A stretch of 64,000 nt of DNA, taken from the NCBI RefSeq assembly GCF_009834535.1, contig NC_045696.1:58964001-59028000 (forward strand), given 5' to 3'. The notes below the pieces were generated by a model that did no database searches, was not told where the DNA came from, and saw only the letters and a list, made by a program, of their open reading frames with translations. Position 1 is the stretch's first letter. Each line of letters opens with the position of its first letter. This document shows positions 50,336-64,000 of the stretch, piece after piece. A program made the position numbers and the translations under genes. This DNA comes from Camelus ferus (lineage: Eukaryota).

Positions 50336-52457
50336 AAGATAAGAGAGCATGGATACGATTGAAGCAAACTCTGAATTTGCTGGATGACCCCAAACTGCAT
50401 TTACAAAGAAATCCTTCAATGGCCTACAGCAATATTCCTCTTCACACACCTCAGCAAGGTCAGAGAGAATGCTTTACCAGCATGTGGAAGAAAGGGGAGG
50501 CGAGGTGGCTGTGTAGTCATGCCTGGGCCATTGCAGCGTCACCAAGCACATACATCCTGTCTGAGGGTGGTGGTGTTGAAGGGGACCACGGTCATATTAT
50601 AATGTATGTCTATTATAATATGAAACAAAACGTTAACACTGGTTGTCTCTGGGTCTCTCCTCTTTTCCTTTTACTAACTATCATTTTCTGATATTTCTGC
50701 AAATGCCTGGCTTTGGTAAAAGAAAAAAAAATTCAAATGAAAATGTGCTCCTTTTATATTAGCATGTCTGTGTAATGAATGTATAACAGCCATTAATTTG
50801 CGGAGGCCCTCAAGATACTTAAATCTAGAAATGGAAATTAAAGTGGCATACAAACAAACATTATGCATGTTTGAAGGTGGCGAATGCCACATATCCATGT
50901 AAAACATGTCATCTTGTGGCATTATCCTGGCCCAAAGTTTCATGCAAAGGAGTATCAGACAACCATTCTATTAGAGCATTCTTTTTCCCTGTGAAAGCAT
51001 ATTTTCCCAAAACAAGTGAGAAAAGAAACTCTTTCCTACAGAAGGAAGCCCCTTGGAAGTCAGCTCAGGTAGTGAATTTGCAAGTTGTCATTATTTTCTC
51101 CTTCACCTCTTTAGGCAGGGCCAGCCTAACCTCCAGAAGATGATCAGATAGCCTTCTGTCATCAGCTTCAGAGAAAGGGAGTGCAGAGCCCTAGGACTGG
51201 GAGGAGATGAATCATTAACTTCCCCAAAGGCATTCTTGGCATTCCACTGCAAGTACTCTGGCCCCCTGCAGCAGTGCCAACTCTGTGGCCATCAGGGCCT
51301 GAGGCATCAATGATTAACTGGGGACGCTGCAAGTGTTCCCGACCTCAGGGACATAGGCCCTTCTTTCCCTTTCCATTTTCCTTTTCCTTTTATTTTCTAC
51401 ATACATTTACATTTCCCTCCACCCCACATCACCAAATTTACCTCCTAAGTGCCCTTACAGACCAAAATAAATATCCAGGGATTTTTAAATATGCTGAAAC
51501 TGGCACCACTTAGGAAGCTGCAGTTTGCAATGGACTTTTGCACACCCTGAGTCTGAAGCAAATGCAGGAATTTCTGTGACCTTTCTCCATTCCAAGGTCT
51601 GAATGATTTGCAGCTCCAATTCTTATCCTCCCAATATGGAAAAACTGGTTCAGCCACTACCTAACTGTACCTAAAAATTATTCAACTTCAAGTATTTTTT
51701 ATTGTCTGCCCACTATCCTGGGCTTCTGGGTGGGGAAAGAAGAGAAGCCTGAATGAACATCTCTGTGTGCGTGACAATGGCCCTGCCCTCCCTGGACGCC
51801 TTATCTGCCTTCATCATGGGCATTCAGCCAAGAAGCCACAGCTGGGATTTTTACAGCCTAGTCTAAAACCACAATAAAAGTGATACTTTAGTTCTCAGAG
51901 GGCTTCCACATACAGAATCTTACTTGATTCTTGTGACACAATAAGGGAGGTGTCCTGGGTCGGATTCCCCAGAAGCAGACCCTGAGATAGGGATTCAGGA
52001 GCCCTACCTGTGACCCCTTAGCCAACACTCACAGCAGCTGGGCATGGGTGTAGCAGCCTGGTGAAGGGCATCTGGGTGGGGCACCAACAGTGTCCGTGAC
52101 AGCATGCAAAGCCAATCAATCATATTACTGAGCCCAGAGAGCTGAGGAAAGAGACCTAGGGAAGTGGGTGATTTGCCAGTGATCTCACATGGCAAATTAA
52201 GTGGCAGATTTGGGATCACAATGTTGGTCTCCAAGTTGAGTAGTTGTCTCTGTGCCTCATTGTGAATTCATGTCTTTGGTGAGGCAAATACTGTAGAACC
52301 CAAAGCATTGATAAGTGTCTATCTCTAATAGACCCTAAATCTCCTCTAGGTTAAAGTAGTATCTGCTCCCACTTTGGGAAAAAGCCAAAGGGCTCACAAA
52401 AGTTATGGCCATGCCATACAAGTCCTGGGCCGTTTCCTTAGAATAACAGGAGGCTGG

Positions 52458-52814
52458 TGCAATAGACTGAATGTGTCTTTCCTAAATGCGTGTTGAAATC
52501 CTACCCTTCAATGTGATTATATTAGGAAGTGGGGCTTTTGGAGGTGATTAGGTCATGAGAGTGGAGCCCCCATGAATGGGATTAGTGCTTGTATAAAAGT
52601 GGGCCCAGAGAGCTCTCTCTCTCCTTCTCCCATGTGAGGACAGAGAGAAGGCTGGCCAGCTATGAACCAGGAAGCAGGACCAGACACTGAATCTGCTGGT
52701 GCCTTGATTTTGGACTTCCCAGACACCAAAACTGGGAGAAATGAATTTCTGTTGTTTAAACCACCCAGTCTGTGGTATTTCTGTTATAGCAGAAATACCC
52801 CAAGGTCTAAGACA
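52458..52814 (+). mobile_element. MLT1A-like MaLR solo LTR
   Basis: tgcaatagactgaatgtgt...gaggtgattaggtcatgag...aatctgctggtgccttgattttggacttcccag...ctaagaca. Confidence 0.85.
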
Positions 52815-53682
52815 GATAAGGATGGGTACCAGGTGGCTGCCCAAGACACCCCCAGGAGGGTCATGTGGAACTGAGAGGACAGACAGTGTAAGAGCTGGGC
52901 CTGAGTCCTGGGTCTGGCTCTGCTTCCCAGCCTCTTCAGGTTGTGATTTCCTCCCTTCATTGGAGAGAAAACAGCTCTTAATATCTCAGGTGCCTTCCAT
53001 CCCTGAAGTAGTCTGGTTCTAAACAGTGACCCACTTAGCTCCTGGCGGGAGATTCTTTCCTCTCCTCAGTCTCCTCTGGGCCCAGCCCACAGCCTTAATA
53101 CCCTCTAACCCTCCATAAGGGGAAACCAAGTGACCACAAGGAGAAATCATTATGAACATGAGCAGGCAGTCCTGACTTCTCACCAGAATGAGGTTTTGGA
53201 AATGGCCCCGAAGAGGGTCATGCTATGGAGAATCATATTTTTGCCACAGGAACCACATTTAATTGGGAGGTTGTGTTCTTGAACAAAAGCCCAGGAGCAA
53301 ATAAATCAAGGGCATAACCGACAATGTGCCATAAAAATAAAGATACAATAACCATAACCCCTGTAGTAATTTAAAATAGTCAAACTGGGCTCCAGCACGT
53401 AGAATGTCCTCAAGAAACTTGATGGCCTCGAAAAGCCTCTAAAAGGAACGGGACTCATCTGCGTGTGTTGGACAGTGAGGGGAAAGCTGGGCTGCAGGCG
53501 GGCAGCTGTTCGCTGCCACGTTAAACCTGCCTGTTGTGCTGGAGAGTCTGTAGGACCTGGTGCTGTCTTGAGATCTACTTAATGATGGAAAGTAAAACCT
53601 TCTTAAGAGCATGCCGTCTCTTGGTTTTTCTCTGACGTGTGTGTAGGGCTTTCAGTCAATTCCAGGTTGCCCGGGCCAGGCT

Positions 53683-53716
53683 CCCAGAGCGGAAGCCCAG
53701 AGCGGAAGCCCAGAGC
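53683..53716. repeat. 13-bp tandem repeat CCCAGAGCGGAAG x2.6
   Basis: Directly visible. Confidence 0.9.
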
Positions 53717-55499
53717 AGTGCCAGCTTCTCCAGTCGCCACACCCACTACAAGACTTAGAGCAGCACATCTGCTTTCTTAGCTTCGGTGAGTAGTAGAAAG
53801 GGGGTGAGGGTGCTGTTTTGATGACCTCCTGCATGTCTTTTGTTCCTGGGTGGGCCTGTCCCTGTTTGCACACTGCAAGCCCACACAGCTGCAGCGCAGA
53901 GCTGGGCAGGAGATGAAACAGAGGCTCTGCCCACGTCAGAGGACAGAAACCAAAAGGAGAGAAACCGGGATTATCCTAAGGCCAGGGGGAAAGAAGACTG
54001 CCCAGCAGGATACTGCAGAGTTAGAGAGATACACAAAGAAGCTGAGAGCAGTGAGCTGAGAAATCCTTATGGCCAGGAACAACAGAACAGAGGGCTGTCA
54101 ATATGTCTTTGTCTGAATCCTGTTGAGTGACTAAATCAATGCTGAGCCTGAAGGATGCGACATTAAGGAAACCTGTCAGACAGATGTCTCTCCAAAGCTG
54201 GACAAAGCTGATTCTGCAACACGACTGTCTACACACTTACTCTGATTTCTTGTAGCACACCACCCTGAACTCTTTCCCCTGTTTCAAGGCAGCTTCTTCT
54301 ATAGTGAATACATTCTCCTATGATAAATCACTAGACCATGGTTAGTGATTTAAAAACTGAAAAACAACAGGAAGTAAACCAATAGTGCTGAGGAATCCTC
54401 TGCCCCATCTCCAAGATAAACTCACCCAGATAACAAGTGGACACAGATGCACAGAAAGGAGAATTAAAACATTAACACCCCAAGCAATTTAGACTACAAA
54501 CAATGCCTATGAAACTTACATCATGGGTCTATTATGAGGGTGAAGAGTGAAGGGTGAGCCAGGGGCATGGCATGACCGAGCTGAAGGGCCTGGGTCTGTG
54601 TCAGCAACTGGCACCCGGCCCATTGGACAGGCAGGGACTTAATTAAGGCTTTGAATAATCCCGTTACCAACAGTCAAAGGCCTTAACGGAACCCACAGAA
54701 TCCACTGGGAAGAGATCATACCAGCTAAAAACAGCAATTAGTGAGAGGCTTGAAGTGCTGGATGCTCCCGGCCCTAAAGTCTAAGTTGGGAAACAGCGAG
54801 GACAGAAGTGATTCCATGAAAAACAAAAGCAGAATGTAGAGAACCATTCCTCAGTCTGGCCCAGTGAAGGCCTCCTGGGTCCTCAGGGACAGATGCTGAA
54901 AGTCTCTCTTTGGGAACAGCCACTCTCATTTTCTAGGGCAAGTTTCTTCTCCTCTGGCTCAAGACACAGATACCCTGGCACCTCTGTATCTACAAGCCTG
55001 AGAAGTTCTGGGTTCTCCCCATGAGAGCACGAGGCAGGTTATAGCTTGGCAGCCTTGGGTTACGCCTCAGGCCCTTTAGAATCTTTTAAACAAAAAAATC
55101 AATTTCCTTTTAACTAACCAAAGCTTATCCATGCATGCAACCCTTGGATTCTCTTTTTTCCAGTTTTTCCAAATTCAGAGTTTTCCTATAAAAACAAGCC
55201 TTTCTGTTTGAACTCCATTCCCTGTGGGATGGCAGTGGAATTCCAGTCTTACTGGGAACTTCTCTACACAAAGTCCTGAGTGCTGGCTTTACCCCCTCTC
55301 GTGACCACTTCCAAGGACATGGCATCTCCAGCTGGGTAGGCTGGCCTGGGAGCTCACGCTCCAGTTTCTACTGTCAAGCTGAGATACACTCTCAGATATA
55401 TTAAAATATTAATAAGACACATGTGGTATCATAGAAGTTTAACAAATCAGTGCTGTGGCTTAGTTTTGTTTGATTCACTCAGGATCTCCTGCCCACCGT

Positions 55500-55945
55500 T
55501 TCCCATGTAAGCTCCCTCTCCACTCACTGATGCATGGTGGAGATGCATCAGTCAGCTGCCTCCTGACCAAAATGCTCGGCCTCCCAGAATGGGCATATGA
55601 TCCAAGCCAGCCAATCAGAGCTCTTCCTTGCAATTTCAGTTAGAATAAAGGGAGAATGAACTCTCTTCGCAGGGATCCCATACTGAGAAGATGTAAGCCT
55701 AAAGTTATCTGTTCACAGCCATCCTCTCTCATCCAAACCCCGTTTTCTTGCCTCCACCTAAGAGAAGAAAGCCATTTTCAGAATAAGACATCACATACAC
55801 AGTGAAGAAGAGATGGAGGCATGGCCAGGTAGAACCATGGTGGACTCAAGATCAACTCGGTTATATAAGACAATACATTTCTTTTGCTTAACCCAGAAGG
55901 AGTTGGTTTCTGTCACTTGCAAACATGAGTCCTGACTGATTCAGG
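55500..55945 (+). mobile_element. Old MaLR (MLT1-type) LTR
   Basis: gggcatatgatccaagccagccaatcagagc ... tttctgtcacttgcaaacatgagtcctgactgat. Confidence 0.6.
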
Positions 55946-57359
55946 AAGGTGTATGGCATCTGGAATCAGACAGACCTGTGTGTGGATGCAGGCTGCACCA
56001 ATCACTCGTTGCCTGACCTTGGACAAGTCACTTAGCTTATGTGGCCCTCAGTTCACATAACCGTTAGATAGGATGACGTCAGTATCCACTTCCATGGACA
56101 AGTTTATGATCGAATGAGATAGTAAGTGTACAATAGCACATTCATAAATTCTAAAGGTTAGATCCTCTGTCTCTTCTTTTCTTCAAAGTCATAATTCCTT
56201 ATTATAAGGTACCTTAGAACCCACTCAGCTCCCAGCTTTGTTAACAGTGTGAAACTGTTTCTGCCCTAAGAAATATCACTCCTTGTGAACCTCTGGGCTT
56301 GCTGAGCCTCGTCTTACACAACTCAAATTCTTATAGACAACTTCGATTATCACACTCATAATTAGATAAAAACCTAACACTTAAACTGAGAATACCTTCT
56401 GCTGAGCTGAACTGGCTTATTATTTTTATTTAAAGAGTAAGCCCCTTTTGAAAAGTGATCCTTGATTTTATGTAACATCACAAAGCACATTTTAAAACAA
56501 ATATCCAGTCTGTAGTTTCATCTGCACCATCATTCCACTCCTATAATACCACATGCACCTTTGAGACAAGAGACCATCCCCTTGATTTCCACCTCACTGA
56601 CTAATGCAGCCCTGGAATTTCAAGGGCATGGACAACTTTCGGGAAGGAAAGAAATCTGGCGTAATAAATCTTGAGTTTCTAGCCAGTCATGGTTGGACCT
56701 GGAGAGAGAGACATACTTCACTGGCAGAAGAGATGGAACAGAGGGATCCTCCCTAAACAACGCACTTGGCAATGTCTCCTAACCCTTCAAACAGCAGAGT
56801 CTAGATGCCACAAGGCTCAAAAACTGGCTATAGATTGTACTGGAAATGTCCTGTCCTAGGAGGACTCTCTGAGAATATGAGGCAATTATGTTTAAAAGCA
56901 GAGTGGGGCAAAAGTGACCACAGGGTCCCAACAACCTGAGAACATCTCCACTTGGCTCCCTTGGCTTAACTGGTCTTTCCTGGCTGCCGCTGATCACCTG
57001 CTCCAATGCACGTCACCACACAAAGCATGCATTCTGCTTAGACTCTCCCAGGTGGCAGACTGTGTGGGAGGGGGTGAGCAGGTGCAGCTTTGAAAGCAGG
57101 ACCTTGCGGGCTGCCTGCATCAATATGGCCAGGAAAGTGTCTCTGGGATGCATTGAAAAATACTTGGCACAAGGGGCAGAGGGCAGCTGTGAGTTTGCTA
57201 TGTGATGGCAGAATGTCCCTCCCAGGCCCCACTGCCCAAAGGGACCCGAATCTGCATAGAGAACCACGCCAGGTAAGAAATCAAAAGTTGCTCCTTGTGC
57301 AAAGTGTGTCTGACTGCCCACCAGGCTGAAAAACACAATCAAACATGTTCTCTTTGAAT

Positions 57360-59660
57360 GTTTTCATTCTCTCTAAGACAATACCTGTACATACATGGTT
57401 AAAATATCAACTGGTACTGTAAGTCATTTAAAAAAAAAAAAAGCAGGCCTCTGCTCTACCCTTCCTACCCCTAATTTCCACTTCCTTGAGGCATTCATCT
57501 TCAATTCTTTTAGCCATTTCTTTTGGTATTTCTTTTTCTGTATTTCTAACCAACAGGCTTACACAACTACCATTTTATTCTTTTTAACATTAGACATGAC
57601 TTCTTAACTTCTCCATATGGAATACGAGCTTTCAGCTCTCAAATCTCCCCCAACATGAACCCTTCTCCTACCCCCCAATAGCTACATCACAATTTTTATT
57701 ATGTCAGTGTGTTAGGGTCTGCTTCATTTTAACTTTGCTCACTGCCAAGCTACATAGTATATCACGATTACATTTTTCCTGGAGTTAATACCTGCCATAC
57801 GTTTGGTTGGATTCGTTTTTTAAGAATCCAACCCTCTCAAGAGAACTATCAAATTCTTCTCAGCAATGGTCAAATGCATTAGATAATGAATTCATCAGTG
57901 GCTTTTATTTTTTTCTTCTTTGGAGATACCCTCTTGGAACATTCTGTCATTGTCCTCCAATCTAAATGATGCTTTCTAGACTTGACGCACAGTGGTCCAG
58001 GGACCTTCCTTCCCATCCTCTGGGAAATTTCTTGGCAGATGCCTCCATTTTGGTTGAACACATCCTTCTCCAGTGGTTTCTTAAGAATGAATGCACGGAA
58101 GGTTAAATTTTTAAACCTGGCATTTCCAAAAGTGTCAAGGTTCTACTTTATACTCAACTTACAGTTTACCTAGGAAAGGGATTATAGTGGAAAATCTTTG
58201 CTTTCTTCAGAATTTTGAAGGGGTTGCTTCCTGGCATTTGAAGGCAGTGATTCTGGCATCCAGTGTTGCTGTGAGAGGTACAGCGCCATGCTGATCCTTC
58301 CTCTACGACCTGGTGAGTGCGGGTGTGTGTGTTTTCCTCCCATACATGTAGAATCTTCTCTTTATCCCTGACAGTCCAGAACTCCATGATGACTTCTCTT
58401 GGTGTGGGCCTTTGTTCACTCACTGCATTGGACCCTTGGTAATAAGTCTTTTCATTATTGGCAATGCAAGTCTTTCAATTTTGAGGGATTTTTGTGTTTC
58501 GACAATCCTCTCTCCACTGTTTTTTACTGTGCTCTCTTTATGGAACTCTTGAGCTGGATATGAACCTTGCTGGACTGACTCTTTACATTTCTTTTCTGTT
58601 TGCACCTGTTTCCCCCTCCATCTTTTTGTTCTCTCTGGGAGATTTCCTCAACTTATCTTCCAGCCAGTCTACTGAAGTTATTATTTTGGCTACCATGAAT
58701 TTTTTTAAAAATCTCCTTTTTTGGTTTTTCAAAACTGCTTTGAATATTCTCGTCTTCTTGTTTAATGGAAGCAACATCTTATCTGTGAGATAAGATGAAA
58801 TTTCTTCAAAGTTTTCTGTAATCTTCTATTTCTACTTGTCTTTTGGTCTTTTTCCTAACAGAGGCTTCCCTTGGACAGCTGATGACCCTTCCCTGACTTC
58901 ATATACATGAGTGAAGAAATTAAAACTCTCAGCACACAAGTGGAGCCTTGTCAAGTTGTTGGACCTCCCAGTAGAGTGAATGAGTAAAAACTCTCAACTA
59001 TCAATATCTGTGGATCTTGTCTCTTGAGATGATCAGTTTCCACAGAGAGGAATCTTCTAACTTCCTGCTTAGGTGGTGGTGTTGGGGACACAGTAATTAG
59101 GTCTTTCTACCAGTATCTGGGACTCTGGCTGAGGGAAGGCCATGAGAGGTCTCTATGCAATATGCCCCTCTCCCTGCTGACTACGACAACACCCCTGACT
59201 GCAGCTGTGCATATGCCCAGCAGTTGAGAGCTGGTCAGGTTCAGTCTCTGCACAGAGAACCTTGGATCTTTCAGGTGTAGGGGAGGAGCAGTGGCCTGGC
59301 ACATGGAGAACAGGAGGGGATTTGGGACCTAACTGCTCCTTATTGCATTTTTAACCAATCCTCCAGTTTTCAGCTTCACTCCACAACCCAGGCTTTGAAA
59401 GTATATGATGCCTCCAACTGTTCAGCCTTTTGGGTTTTTTTTTGTTGTTGTTTTTTTTTTTTTTTTTTTTTTGGCACAAGAAGGTTTACTTTTTCTTATT
59501 TCCCACTCCCTTAGCCACAGGCCTAGCACAACGCAGGAAGTTAAAATCCAAGTCAGCCAATCACCTATTTGTTTTCCATCATCCGTCAATTTGTTGACAT
59601 GACTTGTCTGCTATTGTCTCTCTCCCATTCTGTTTGTCCTCACAGATTTATAAATTTTCA
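57360..59660 (-). mobile_element. Long, highly degenerate L1 (L1ME/L1M-like) remnant
   Basis: T-rich plus strand; reverse-strand ORF1-like remnants (PTPREVIMEFWTVRDKEKILH, ITSVDWLEDKL); boundaries approximate. Confidence 0.55.
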
Positions 59661-59714
59661 TTTTCTTTTAATAAAAACTCATGTTAAGGATAGTTAACAT
59701 TTTAGAAAACCAGA

Positions 59715-60398
59715 AAATAAGTAAAGATATGGAGAAACTGAAATCCCTGTATACTGCTGGTGAGAATGTAGAATGGTACAGCTGCTATGCAAAACAGTAT
59801 GGTGTTTCCTCAAAAAATTAAAAATAGAATTACCATGTGATCCAGCAATTCCACTTCTGAGTATAAACCCAAAAGAACTGAAAGCAGGGACATGAACAGA
59901 TATTTGTACATCCATGTTCATATCAGAATTATTCACAGTAGCCAAAAGGTGGAAACATCCCAAGTGTCCATCAATGGATGCATGGATACATAAATATGGT
60001 AGATGTATACAATGTAATGATCATTCAGCTTTAAAAAGGAAGGAAATTGTGACACATGCTACAACATGGATGACTCTTGAGGATATTAAGCTGAATGAAA
60101 TAAGCCAGTCAAAAAAGGACAAATACTGTATGATTCCACTTATATAGAGTAATCAAATTCATGGAGATAGAAAATGGAATGGTGGTTGCCAGGGGCTGGG
60201 AGGAGGCGGGAAATGGGGAGTTGTTGTTTAATGGGCATAGAGTTTCGGTTTTGTAAGATGAGAAAAGTTTGGGAAATGAGTGGTGGTGATAGTTGCACAA
60301 CAATATGAATGTACTTAATACCACTGAACTGTATATACACTTAAACATGGTTAAAATAGTCAATTTTATGCTATGTATATTTTATACAATAAAAAAAT
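59715..60398 (+). mobile_element. L1MB-like ORF2 end and 3'UTR
   Basis: ORF 59914..60147 ([15 protein letters not shown]...ATTWMTLEDIKLNEISQ); ends tatattttatacaataaaaaa. Confidence 0.9.
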
Positions 60399-63300
60399 CA
60401 ATGAGTTATATATAATGGATCTATTTTGAACATTGTTTTATTTCAATTATCTATATGTTTATCGCTTTTCCAAACATGACATTGCCTTTAGTACAACAGC
60501 TTTATGCTAGGTATTAAAATCAAGAAATAAAAGTTTGAAAACATGTAAATCAGACCAAAGTCACTTCTTGATTTTATAATTCTCCAATGGCTTCTCATTG
60601 CACTAAGAATAATACCCACTGACTGTGGCTCCCAAGACCCTAGGTGGCCTGGCCCCTGCCTATTTGTCTCCCCTCTCTGTCCTTGCCCACTGTACTCCTG
60701 CCAAATGAGCCTTCTCCCACCACCAGGAAATAAGATGGAGACAACTGGTTGCCCACCCTGGAGTGGCTCCTGGTCTGCAAGACAACAGGGCCACGCAATT
60801 GACCAGAGCACGCATGATCAGTGCCGCAGAAGAGGCATGGACAGAGGACTAAAGGAGCACGGGGAGGATGGGGGAGCCCTACAATGGTGCAGCTGCTGTG
60901 AGCTGAGCAGGACTCCAGGGGCCACCTCCCAATACAGCATCAGCCCCAAGGGAGCTGGGGTGGGGTGGCTGAAAGATCTGGGTTCGTAAGAACCAGCCAC
61001 TCAAGTTTGACTAGACAGGAGATGGTTCCCAGCAGCTCTGTCGACTTTGTGGCAGCCCCCTCGGGGTCCCCATCCTGGGATGGGCTCAAAGAGAGGTGAA
61101 CAGAGTCGGATCCCAGGCCAGGGCAGTGAAAGCACAGCCTAGGAGGAGTCTTGAGGCTCCTTCTCCTCCAACCTCTCTCCACAAACAGTCCCAGTGTAAT
61201 CGGGGGAGTGCTTTGCAGCCACTTCTGCCTGATTTATTGCTCCTGCCAACTGAGTTGCACGCAGTGCAGTTCTTGCACAAGCTATTGTTCAGGAATTTTA
61301 GGGCAGTGCCCCAGGGGACACAGGAAAGAGAGAAGAAACAAACACCAGGACCCTCATAGAAGGTCCCACAGTGAGCAAGTCTGTGCGTGCCGTGCTTGTC
61401 TGGGTGTCTGTTGGTGGCAATGTTGGGGTCAGGGAATGCCAAGGGGGTTTGAGTCTTAGTTCAAAACACACATTTAAAGCATATTTAGACTTCCTAGTCC
61501 AAGCCATTGAAATTTCTTTTCTGAAGAAGCATCTGGAAAACTGGAGGGAAAAGTTGCCCAGTTATTTAGTGAAAACAAAACTCAAAATTTCCTTTCCCCC
61601 CTCCTGCCAATGTCCCTTTCAACTATGTGATCCTCGGGGATCTGGGGGGCTGGGGCCCAGCTGAGCTGGCACCAAGCACATTCATCCCCAGAGGAGGCCA
61701 GCCCCACACACGGCAGCTATAATCACTAGCTAGAAGGCTAGGGTATCTCCCCATCCCCCAAAGCTGTGTGCTCAGGGTCCTTAGAGCCTGCTTCCACCCG
61801 ACCAACCCCTGGCTGGTGGAGGAATATTCAAAATCAGCCCATATCCCAGATTACTACAAGAAAAGCAGACCACCCAGACCACCCAGATCAGAGAATTTCA
61901 GGTGCAGCCCATGCAGCTGCTAGACATGAGTGAATGTGCTGGCAGCACCAGGGTCACCCTAATAAGTAAGGTCTTTTTTTTCACATGAAAAATATCTTTT
62001 CATAACCAGAGAGTGGGCCATGATGACCCTGACAGGGCTAGGTTCAAGCCCATGCGACTGACCACAAAATACAGGGATAGCTTCTAGAAAATTGAATTTT
62101 TGAAAAGATTACTTAGATTAATTTTTTGATAGGTAATACAATCACATGATTTGAAACCTTAAAAGGATAGAGAGGTATAAAAAAATAGGTAATGACAAGT
62201 CTCTTTCCATTGCCTGTCCCTTACCAGGCCAGTTACTACCCACCATATAAGTATGTATTTTTTTAGTTTCTAATAAATAAGGTCTTGACTGAATTAAGCA
62301 AGTCAGCTATACTCACCTCCAGGCCTGAGGAATGGGGAAGAGGAAAGATGGGTTTGTCAGTCCCCTGGAGAGTGTCATGAAGTGGCAGGGAGAAGCAATT
62401 GTCACGGAAGAATGGCGCCTGTGCGGTGCTTTTGGGGAGGCAGGCTGTTGGGAGATGGTGCCGGAAATGATGGCTTGGTTCTTACTTTGTGTTGTGAAAA
62501 AGGGTCAACTTCAGGTTGGGTATCCAAAAGGTGCGTAAACTTCTTATGCCCCCAGAGAGTCCACTCTAGACCAGAAAAGCTTGACTCTTTCTGTCATGAC
62601 CACTCACTTTCTTAGGGAGCCCCTAGCCTCTGGGAATTCTGGTAACACTTCCTGCCTCTCACTGACTTCCCATGGCAGCCGCTTCACCGACACTGGAGCC
62701 CACCCCGGCCTGAGCAGGACAGGGAGCTCTTGCCCCAGGAGCCTAGGGGAGGCAGGCCAGTCTGGAGCCCAGAAGGATCAGGGCTGCCTGAGGCTGAGAG
62801 CCCATTACTCTCAGTGGCAGGATGCAAGCGTGAGAGCAGTGTTTATTCCAAAGTTGTTTTCTGTCAAGAGCCTCTCAGCTGGGTAAAGGGCCAGGGACAG
62901 GCTTCCATTTCCAAGGTTGGTGTTTTTCCCTTCCTTTGGCTGGACAGGGAGAAGTGGAAAAAACCAGCACTGCCTTGGCCCTCGGCTTCTTTGGAGCTGA
63001 TTTTGCTGCCCCTGGCAGAACCTCCCCCAGAGTAGACGTGCGAGCCACGAATGCAGGCTGTGGCAGAGTCAGAATCCTCAGCTCTGCCCAGCTGGGTCAC
63101 TGGACCCATGCAACTCACCCAGGCCTCCTCTAAGGCGAAGACCCCTGACAGCACTCGGGGCTCAGGCCACTGCTGCTCCTGCCCCCACCCCACACCTTGG
63201 CCACAGAGAACCTACCTCTCTAAGTACACCTGCAGATGGGTACTGGAGATAGTGCTCCATCTCTAAATAGATGGTACTTAATTAAAAAGCTGAAAAAATA

Positions 63301-64000
63301 TCTTCCAGCCAGGACTAAATGCCAATACAATGGATTCTCAGTTATCTCTCTGCTGCAAAGGAAATAACTGTAGTTCTATTTCTATTTGTATATAAGAGAT
63401 ACCACACACATCAGATTTATCCTCTTAATTTTGTCCTTTTTAAAAACACTTACCACACGCTGTTAAGTGAACAAGACAGATACCCTAGAGTCTTATAGCT
63501 AGTGGAACCCAGCGAGGAGCAGTTCCAAGATACTACTGCCTTCCCCTCTCTGCTCCCTCCTCCAGGACCACTCACTCCCCTTTGAGAGCCTCCCCAATTA
63601 TCCAACCCCTTCTGAGCTCTCTCACCTCCCAACTTTCTGCACTTACACTGTTATCTAAAGTGATAACATTTTAAAAACCAGCAGACATTTATCTGATCAC
63701 AGGGCAGGCTGTTTAAAATCAGGCCTGTTCCAGAAAATCTGGGGCAAACTAATCACCATTACATCACCTTCCATATTTCTTTCTGCCCTATGGCAAGCAC
63801 AGTGACCAGATTTTCCATGCAAAATCAGCACACATTATCTGACAAGAGATTCATGGGCAGCCTCCAGGTGCAAGAAGCAGTCGGTGTTATAAAGTCTGAA
63901 CATCAAAATTTTGGAACTCCAAAAGGATATTTGGATGACTTTACTGGAAAAAAAAAAATGAGACTTTTAAATCACATGGCTCACAACAATGTGAGATGAC

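Noticed and set aside
55526..55552. 10-bp stem hairpin ACTGATGCAT-7nt-ATGCATCAGT as a miRNA or terminator
   Set aside because: Too short for a pre-miRNA and sits at the edge of an old LTR

Overview
Mammalian genomic DNA lying entirely inside the myosin light chain kinase gene (MYLK), transcribed on the minus strand. Twelve consecutive coding exons, equivalent to human exons 5-16, can be placed to the base with GT-AG boundaries and consistent phases. They total 2207 nt and encode Ig-like domains 1-6 and the Pro/Ser-rich linker of the N-terminal extension of long (non-muscle) MLCK. They include a 49-nt and a 19-nt exon that the ORF track misses, and the regulated exon-11 cassette. The start exon, kinase domain, smooth-muscle promoter and telokin lie outside the window. 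Introns hold typical eutherian repeats, plus tRNA-derived SINEs resembling camelid Vic-1 and two young related L1 copies, so the species is probably a camelid (inference). Exon numbering, human comparisons and repeat family names are from memory and were not checked by alignment. No new gene or prokaryote-type system is supported. The best leads are: a candidate 8-nt poison micro-exon in intron 4; a TSD-flanked U-rich insertion just behind the exon-11 donor; an almost stop-free in-frame intron 10; a 44-bp twin-priming L1 inversion; and ORF2 lesions shared by two L1 direct repeats that bracket exons 5-11.
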